64,000 nucleotides of DNA from Bacteroidota bacterium (GTDB lineage Bacteria > Bacteroidota > Bacteroidia > Palsa-965): assembly GCA_013288325.1 (NCBI GenBank), contig JABDCB010000008.1, forward strand, positions 1,620 to 65,619, written 5' to 3'. This document shows, one piece after another, positions 58,601-64,000 of this stretch (its first letter is position 1; every line of letters starts with the position of its first letter). The notes below the pieces were generated by a model. That model saw only the letters and a program-made list of their open reading frames with translations. It was not told the origin of the DNA and ran no database searches. The position numbers and the translations under genes were made by a program.

Positions 58601-59842
58601 ATGAAAGAAAAACTGATTCGCTTTGATTTGAAAAATGGAGTTCGTGTGATTCACGCTCCTGAAAAAGGTGAGAATGTACATTGTGCCATCCTCATTAATG
58701 CCGGTACAAGAGATGAGGAAGGAGAAAATACAGGACTGGCTCATCTGATTGAGCACAGTATTTTTAAAGGCACCAAAAGCAAAAACAGCCTTGATATTCT
58801 ACAGAGTATTGATTCGGTAGGTGGTGAGCTGAATGCTTATACCACCAAAGAAGATACCTGTATCTATGCTTCCTGTGGCCTGGCTTATTTTGAAAGAGCT
58901 TTTGAACTGCTGAGTGATATTACGCTTCATTCCACTTTTCCTGCAAAAGAGGTAGCAAAAGAGAAGGATGTGATCAGTGATGAGATTCATGCCTATCTGG
59001 ACAGCCCTGCAGAACAGATACACGACGATTTTGAAGGCCATATCTTCCGGAAGCATCCTCTTGGAAGAAATATCCTTGGTGAAGAAAAAGCGCTGCGCTC
59101 GGTTAAAACAGAAGCATTACGTAAATTCATTCATAACCATTACCGGGGCCGGAATATTGTATTCAGCTGTTCCGGCAATGTTTCGCCCGAAAAGGTGAAA
59201 AAGCTGGCCAACAAATATCTTTCCGGGTTTCTTTCTTCGGAAGGACTGCCGCAACGAAAACCATTTCTGAATTACAAACCTTTTGAATTGCAACCTTCCC
59301 GCCGCACCCATCAGGCACATTGTGTCATGGGAAATCCCGCGTATTCATCATCCCATCCCAACCGGACCGTTTTTATCCTGCTTAATAATCTGCTTGGGGG
59401 ACCTGCGATGAATTCCAGACTTAACCTCGGCATCCGCGAAAAGCACGGATATACCTATCAGATTGAATCCAACTACACCGCTTATTCAGACAGCGGCATT
59501 TTCAGTATTTATTTCGGGACAGATCCTGTTAATGTAGAGATTACAAAGAAGCTGATTCGTAAAGAACTGAATCTGCTGCAAAATAAAAAACTCAGTTCCC
59601 GCGAGCTGCATGAAGCGAAAGAACAGCTATGCGGTCAGATTGCATTGGCTAGAGAAAGCCGGTTAAGCACCGTTATCAGTCACGCCAAAAACATGCTCCT
59701 CTTTGATGAAGCCGAACCACTTTCGGAATGGATGAAAAAAATCAGAAAAATCAGTTCTTCTCAAATTCTGGAAGCCGCTGATGAGCTGTTTGACGAAAAG
59801 AATATGAGCTCTCTTGTTTTTGCTTCCGGCGCGAATCGTTAA
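58601..59842 (+). CDS. M16 family (pitrilysin/insulinase-like) peptidase
   Basis: GLAHLIEHSIFKGT is the inverted zincin motif HxxEH. 413 aa. Confidence 0.9.
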   Translation: MKEKLIRFDLKNGVRVIHAPEKGENVHCAILINAGTRDEEGENTGLAHLIEHSIFKGTKSKNSLDILQSIDSVGGELNAYTTKEDTCIYASCGLAYFERAFELLSDITLHSTFPAKEVAKEKDVISDEIHAYLDSPAEQIHDDFEGHIFRKHPLGRNILGEEKALRSVKTEALRKFIHNHYRGRNIVFSCSGNVSPEKVKKLANKYLSGFLSSEGLPQRKPFLNYKPFELQPSRRTHQAHCVMGNPAYSSSHPNRTVFILLNNLLGGPAMNSRLNLGIREKHGYTYQIESNYTAYSDSGIFSIYFGTDPVNVEITKKLIRKELNLLQNKKLSSRELHEAKEQLCGQIALARESRLSTVISHAKNMLLFDEAEPLSEWMKKIRKISSSQILEAADELFDEKNMSSLVFASGANR

Positions 59843-59870
59843 TTTTGACCCGCTCCTTAACTGAATTACT

Positions 59871-60512
59871 ATGAATTTTTTAGACCCCAGGCTGGATGCC
59901 TATGTATGTGATCACTCCAAACCCGAGAATGAACTGCTGCAGCGTCTCAACAGGGAAACCTATTCACGCATGCTCATGCCAAGGATGTTAAGCGGGCATC
60001 TGCAAGGAAGGGTGCTCAGTATGATCTCTCACATGATCCGTCCTAAACGGATTCTGGAAATAGGCACATTCACCGGCTATTCAGCTCTTTGTCTTGCCGA
60101 AGGACTGACTCCTGACGGGATACTACATACCATCGATATCAATGAAGAACTGGAAACGATAGTCCGGAAATATATCAACGAAGCCGGACTGAGTAAAAAA
60201 GTGCTGTTTCATATCGGAAATGCCATGGATATTATTCCTTCTTTGCAAGATTCTTTTGATCTGGTGTTTATCGATGCCGACAAAGAAAACTATTCCAACT
60301 ATTACGACCTTGTTATAGACCGGGTAAGGCCGGGAGGATTTATTATGGCCGATAATGTATTATGGAGCGGAAAAGTGATTGAGGAACCGAAAGTCGGAGA
60401 TGAGGATACCCGTTCTATCATTGCTTTTAACGATAAGGTAATGAAGGACGACCGGGTAGAAAATGTTTTGTTCCCTATTCGCGATGGAATTATGATAATG
60501 CGGAAGAAATAG
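59871..60512 (+). CDS. Class I SAM-dependent O-methyltransferase (caffeoyl-CoA OMT / YrrM-like)
   Basis: ILEIGTFTGYSALCLA is the SAM motif, and FIDADKENY and ADNVLW are present. 213 aa. Confidence 0.9.
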   Translation: MNFLDPRLDAYVCDHSKPENELLQRLNRETYSRMLMPRMLSGHLQGRVLSMISHMIRPKRILEIGTFTGYSALCLAEGLTPDGILHTIDINEELETIVRKYINEAGLSKKVLFHIGNAMDIIPSLQDSFDLVFIDADKENYSNYYDLVIDRVRPGGFIMADNVLWSGKVIEEPKVGDEDTRSIIAFNDKVMKDDRVENVLFPIRDGIMIMRKK

Positions 60513-61959
60513 TGCGCCTGCTGATGATCCATAATCCGGCAAACGTGAGTAATCCATTCAGAATAAGCAATTCGTTTCCGAAAGAATATCCTCCCATCCA
60601 CGTTTTTGAATTGGTATCAATCAGGTAGCAAATCATAGGGGCCACCATACAAACCACGGGTGCCCACTTGTCTCGGATAGCTCTGCCGGAACTAATTCCA
60701 AACATAAACAGACCCAATAAAGGCCCGTATGTATAATTAGCCACGCGAAACAGCTGGCGGACCACTGCTTCGTTGTTTATCATCCGGAAAACAACAATCA
60801 CTCCCAATAACAAAAGAGCAAAAGAAAAATGAACCATCATGCGGATCTTTGTTTTGCGTTCTTCTGTCCAGGATGTTTTTTGTTCAAAGCCAAGGAAGTC
60901 GATGCAAAAGGAAGCGGTAAGAGCTGTAAGCGCCCCATCGGCACTGGGATAGGCGGCCGATATAAGACCGATGATAAAGAAAAGAGCGGAAAAACTCCCC
61001 AGGTATTTCAAGGCAATGGTAGGAAACAAATCATCGCTGGTTCTTTGCGGAATAGTCAAGCCTTTTGCCTGCACATACTGGTAAAGCAAGATCCCCAGAC
61101 AAAGGAAAATAAAATTGACAACAAGGAGTACCGCACTAAAAGAAAGCATATTTTTTTTCGACTCCCCGGCGGTTTTACAGCTTATATTTTTCTGCATCAT
61201 TTCCTGATCAAGACCTGTCATGGCTATGGCAATAAACATTCCCCCGAAAAATTGCTTCGGGAAAAAGTTTTTTGAATGCCAGTCCCAAACAAATATCCCC
61301 GACAAAGGGCTTTCCCGGATCGTCCTTATCAGTCCACCTGCATCCAGATGAAGATCTTTACAGATAAGCAGCACAGAGAGAATCAGGGAAAGCAACATAA
61401 AGGTGGTTTGGAGTGAATCGGTCCATACAATGGTCTTGACTCCTCCTTTAAATGTATAGGCCAGAATGAGCAGGATAAAAGCGAGTGTGGTGACCCAAAA
61501 AGGAATACCCCACGCATTGAATACAAAAAGCTGCAATACATTGACCACGACATACAACCGGAAAGAGGCTCCTATGACACGGGAAAGAATAAAGAAAAAA
61601 GCTCCTGTTTTGTAGGAATAGTTGCCCAGACGTTGGCGCAGAAAGGAATAAATAGAGGTCAGATTAAGACGATAGTACAGGGGTAACAATATATAAGCTA
61701 TAAAGACATAGCCAAGCATATACCCCATAATCATCTGAAAATAGGAGAAAGAGCCTTTTCCCACATCGCCGGGAACAGATAAAAAGGTGACACCGGAAAG
61801 GGATGCCCCAATCATTCCATAAGCCACCACATACCAGCGGGAAGAACGATTGCCTACGAAATAAGAAGCATTGTCGGTCTTCCGCGTAGTCAGATACGTA
61901 ATCCCGAAGAGCATCAGGGAGTATACAATTACACAAGTGACGAGAAGTACTGGCGACAT
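60490..61959 (-). CDS. Sodium:solute symporter family protein
   Basis: 489 aa with about 13 TM segments and SSF-like N-terminal blocks (YFVGNRSSRWYVVAYGMIGASLSGVTFLSVPG). Confidence 0.85.
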   Translation of the reverse strand: MSPVLLVTCVIVYSLMLFGITYLTTRKTDNASYFVGNRSSRWYVVAYGMIGASLSGVTFLSVPGDVGKGSFSYFQMIMGYMLGYVFIAYILLPLYYRLNLTSIYSFLRQRLGNYSYKTGAFFFILSRVIGASFRLYVVVNVLQLFVFNAWGIPFWVTTLAFILLILAYTFKGGVKTIVWTDSLQTTFMLLSLILSVLLICKDLHLDAGGLIRTIRESPLSGIFVWDWHSKNFFPKQFFGGMFIAIAMTGLDQEMMQKNISCKTAGESKKNMLSFSAVLLVVNFIFLCLGILLYQYVQAKGLTIPQRTSDDLFPTIALKYLGSFSALFFIIGLISAAYPSADGALTALTASFCIDFLGFEQKTSWTEERKTKIRMMVHFSFALLLLGVIVVFRMINNEAVVRQLFRVANYTYGPLLGLFMFGISSGRAIRDKWAPVVCMVAPMICYLIDTNSKTWMGGYSFGNELLILNGLLTFAGLWIISRRTISSALS

Positions 61960-62012
61960 GCTTTAGCGTGGTATCTGGCCCCAAAAGTAAAAATTCATTT
62001 ACATTTGAAGAG

Positions 62013-63476
62013 ATGAAACGAAGAATCCTTGTTTTAGAACAGCATGCACGTAAGCTGGAACCTGATCCGGCAAGCAGAAAGAAGGCCCGTAAGCAGGTGA
62101 TTACATATACCGAAACATTTCTGAACCGGGTTGAAAAGGAGAAAGCGTTTGTAGAAACGGCCGGAAATGGAATCGGGCTGCTGGCCTCTCCGGTGTCGGA
62201 GCAGCCTATGTCCATGAGCAAGGCCTTACGTTTGCTTCACGAACATGTAGACACCCCGGGTCTTAATCCCGCCTCCGGCGGGCATCTGGGTTATATTCCC
62301 GGAGGAGGAATCTATTATGCCGCTTTGGGTGATTATATGGCTGATATCATGAACCGGTATGCCGGATACTTTTATGCTTCACCCGGAGCCGTCAGGATGG
62401 AAAATATGTTGCTCAAATGGGCAGCATCGCTCATCGGATATCCTGCCACAGCGGCCGGTAATCTTTCTTCCGGGGGGAGTATTGCCAATCTCAGCGCTGT
62501 TGTCACCGCACGGGAAGCAAAAAAGATAAAAGCCAGGGACGTAGAAAAAGGGGTGATCTATTTAACCACCCATGCTCACCATTGTATCGAAAAAGCATTG
62601 CGTATTGCAGGACTTGGAGAAAGTGTAATAAGACATATCCGGGTTGATGCTCAATATCGCATGGATCGGGTAGCGTTGGAAAACCAGATTCGAAAAGACA
62701 AGAAGGAGGGGCTTAATCCCTGGCTGGTGGTGGCATCTGCGGGAACAACCGATACCGGTTCTATTGACCCGCTGGAAGAAATTGCAAGAGTAGCCCGGAA
62801 GTATTCGCTCTGGTTTCATATCGATGCGGCCTATGGCGGTTTTTTCGTTCTTACCAAAACGGGCAAGAAAAAACTAAAAGGGCTGGAACTGAGCGATTCT
62901 ATTGTACTGGATCCGCATAAAGGATTATTCCTGCCTTACGGATTAGGACTTGTGCTTGTAAAAAAGAAGGAGCATTTGCTTCGGGCACATCAATTCCAGG
63001 CCAATTATCTTCAGGATTCGTCACCCGATCCGGAAGAGGAGCATTCTCCCGCCGATCTTTCGGCCGAACTGACCAAACATTTCCGTGGACTGCGTTTATG
63101 GCTCCCCTTGAAACTGCATGGGATAAAACCTTTCCGGGCTTGTCTGGAAGAAAAACTATTGCTGGCCGAATACTTCTATAAAGAAATTCAGAAAGCCGGT
63201 TTTGAAACAGGAGCCGAGCCCGAGCTTTCCGTAGTAACCTATCGTTATATACCAAGGAATGGCAAAAAATTGGCGGAGAAAGACATCAACCTGTTTAATG
63301 AAAGACTGATTAAAGAAGTGCAAAAAGACGGACGGATTTTTATCTCCTCCACCCTTCTTGACAACCGCTTTATGCTCCGCTTTGCCTGTCTATCTTTTCG
63401 CACACACCTCCATACGGTAGATTTGCTGCTGAAAATTCTGAAAGAAAAAGTCCGGAAGCTGGAACGCGCATTATAA
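62013..63476 (+). CDS. Pyridoxal-dependent (group II, aromatic-L-amino-acid/glutamate-type) decarboxylase
   Basis: SGGSIANL, HIDAAYGG and the PLP-lysine block LDPHKGLFLPYG. The ATG at 62013 is preferred over the GTG at 61968. Confidence 0.85.
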   Translation: MKRRILVLEQHARKLEPDPASRKKARKQVITYTETFLNRVEKEKAFVETAGNGIGLLASPVSEQPMSMSKALRLLHEHVDTPGLNPASGGHLGYIPGGGIYYAALGDYMADIMNRYAGYFYASPGAVRMENMLLKWAASLIGYPATAAGNLSSGGSIANLSAVVTAREAKKIKARDVEKGVIYLTTHAHHCIEKALRIAGLGESVIRHIRVDAQYRMDRVALENQIRKDKKEGLNPWLVVASAGTTDTGSIDPLEEIARVARKYSLWFHIDAAYGGFFVLTKTGKKKLKGLELSDSIVLDPHKGLFLPYGLGLVLVKKKEHLLRAHQFQANYLQDSSPDPEEEHSPADLSAELTKHFRGLRLWLPLKLHGIKPFRACLEEKLLLAEYFYKEIQKAGFETGAEPELSVVTYRYIPRNGKKLAEKDINLFNERLIKEVQKDGRIFISSTLLDNRFMLRFACLSFRTHLHTVDLLLKILKEKVRKLERAL

Positions 63477-63488
63477 CGACTTCGTTAT

Positions 63489-64000
63489 TTACAACGGCTT
63501 TATTTTCGCTATCAGCTCATTAAACTGATTATCGTTGAGCAAAGGCTGAAATTCGGGCTGCACCCTGATCCGGTCCAGGTCGTTAAAACCAAGCTTAACA
63601 GCTTCGTCCAGATTGGCCAATGCTGTGGTTTGATCCTGCTGACGCATAGCCAGACAAGCGCTGAGATAAGCCCATTCTGAATTAGTGGGATCAACCAGTT
63701 TATATAACGTCAGCGCATGAGCCGCTTCTGATAAAGCCTGCTGGTTCAATGCCGCATTGGCATTCATAAAGGCTACAAGACTCAGATAAGCGAGCAACCG
63801 TCTATCGTAGGTTGATTTATCCTTATCCTTTGTTACCTGTGCTTCCTTATTCAAACGCTGTACCTCCTGTGTCCACCAGGCTATATCCTTTTCGCGAAAC
63901 TCCCGTGCATATACATCCTGTTGCGCCTGTTCATTCTTTCCGTCTTCTTCCTCCCGCGCGGTTGCTTGTTTATAGGCAGCCCCGCCGGCAATTTTTTTCA
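63489..64000 (-). CDS. Hypothetical protein with TPR-like C-terminal domain (5' end outside window)
   Basis: The frame stays open from 63489 to the window edge. The listed TTG at 63854 is internal. The C-terminus NLDEAVKLGFNDLDRIRVQPEFQPLLNDNQF resembles TPR end-cap domains. Confidence 0.5.
   Translation of the reverse strand, partial: KKIAGGAAYKQATAREEEDGKNEQAQQDVYAREFREKDIAWWTQEVQRLNKEAQVTKDKDKSTYDRRLLAYLSLVAFMNANAALNQQALSEAAHALTLYKLVDPTNSEWAYLSACLAMRQQDQTTALANLDEAVKLGFNDLDRIRVQPEFQPLLNDNQFNELIAKIKPL

Overview
This 64-kb window looks like an ordinary, densely packed chromosomal segment of a Bacteroidota genome. The supporting markers are a PorP/SprF type IX secretion gene, two proteins with type-B (gliding-motility) C-terminal sorting domains, TAnnTTTG-type -7 boxes and A/C-rich leaders without Shine-Dalgarno sites. 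I call about 48 CDS. Most are housekeeping genes: hutH, hisS, ettA, smpB, pcm, accC-like, birA, rsfS, ftsH, cdsA, gdh, mtgA and purL. Others are M13, M3 and M16 peptidases, transporters and envelope or polysaccharide genes. I found no rRNA, tRNA, tmRNA, CRISPR array, transposase, integrase, phage gene or recognisable defence gene, and I see no convincing novel multi-gene protein system. The unusual content is noncoding. (1) An 11-mer word, AGAAGTCAGAA, occurs about 10 times, always intergenic. It forms inverted arms of compound hairpins, and in five cases it is fused directly to a gene's stop codon. (2) One such compound hairpin appears split by a 1.9-kb T9SS-cargo gene that is now flanked by a perfect 63-bp direct repeat. 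(3) Two 111-114-bp elements have perfect 20-21-bp G5/C5-rich terminal inverted repeats (MITE/REP-like). (4) Ten tandem WGATTTA heptamers lie directly in front of the ettA start codon. (5) A roughly 1-kb region without credible ORFs lies between purL and a membrane-protein gene. It holds 16 consecutive 21-bp (7-codon) repeats that are open on both strands but have no usable start codon, plus an inverted partial copy carrying in-phase TGA codons. Protein-level oddities are modest: a Lys/Ala-rich histone-H1-like N-terminal tail on RsfS, and a TPR/PD40 envelope protein ending in three SPOR-like modules instead of OmpA. All functional calls rest on motif recognition by eye. No database search was run.
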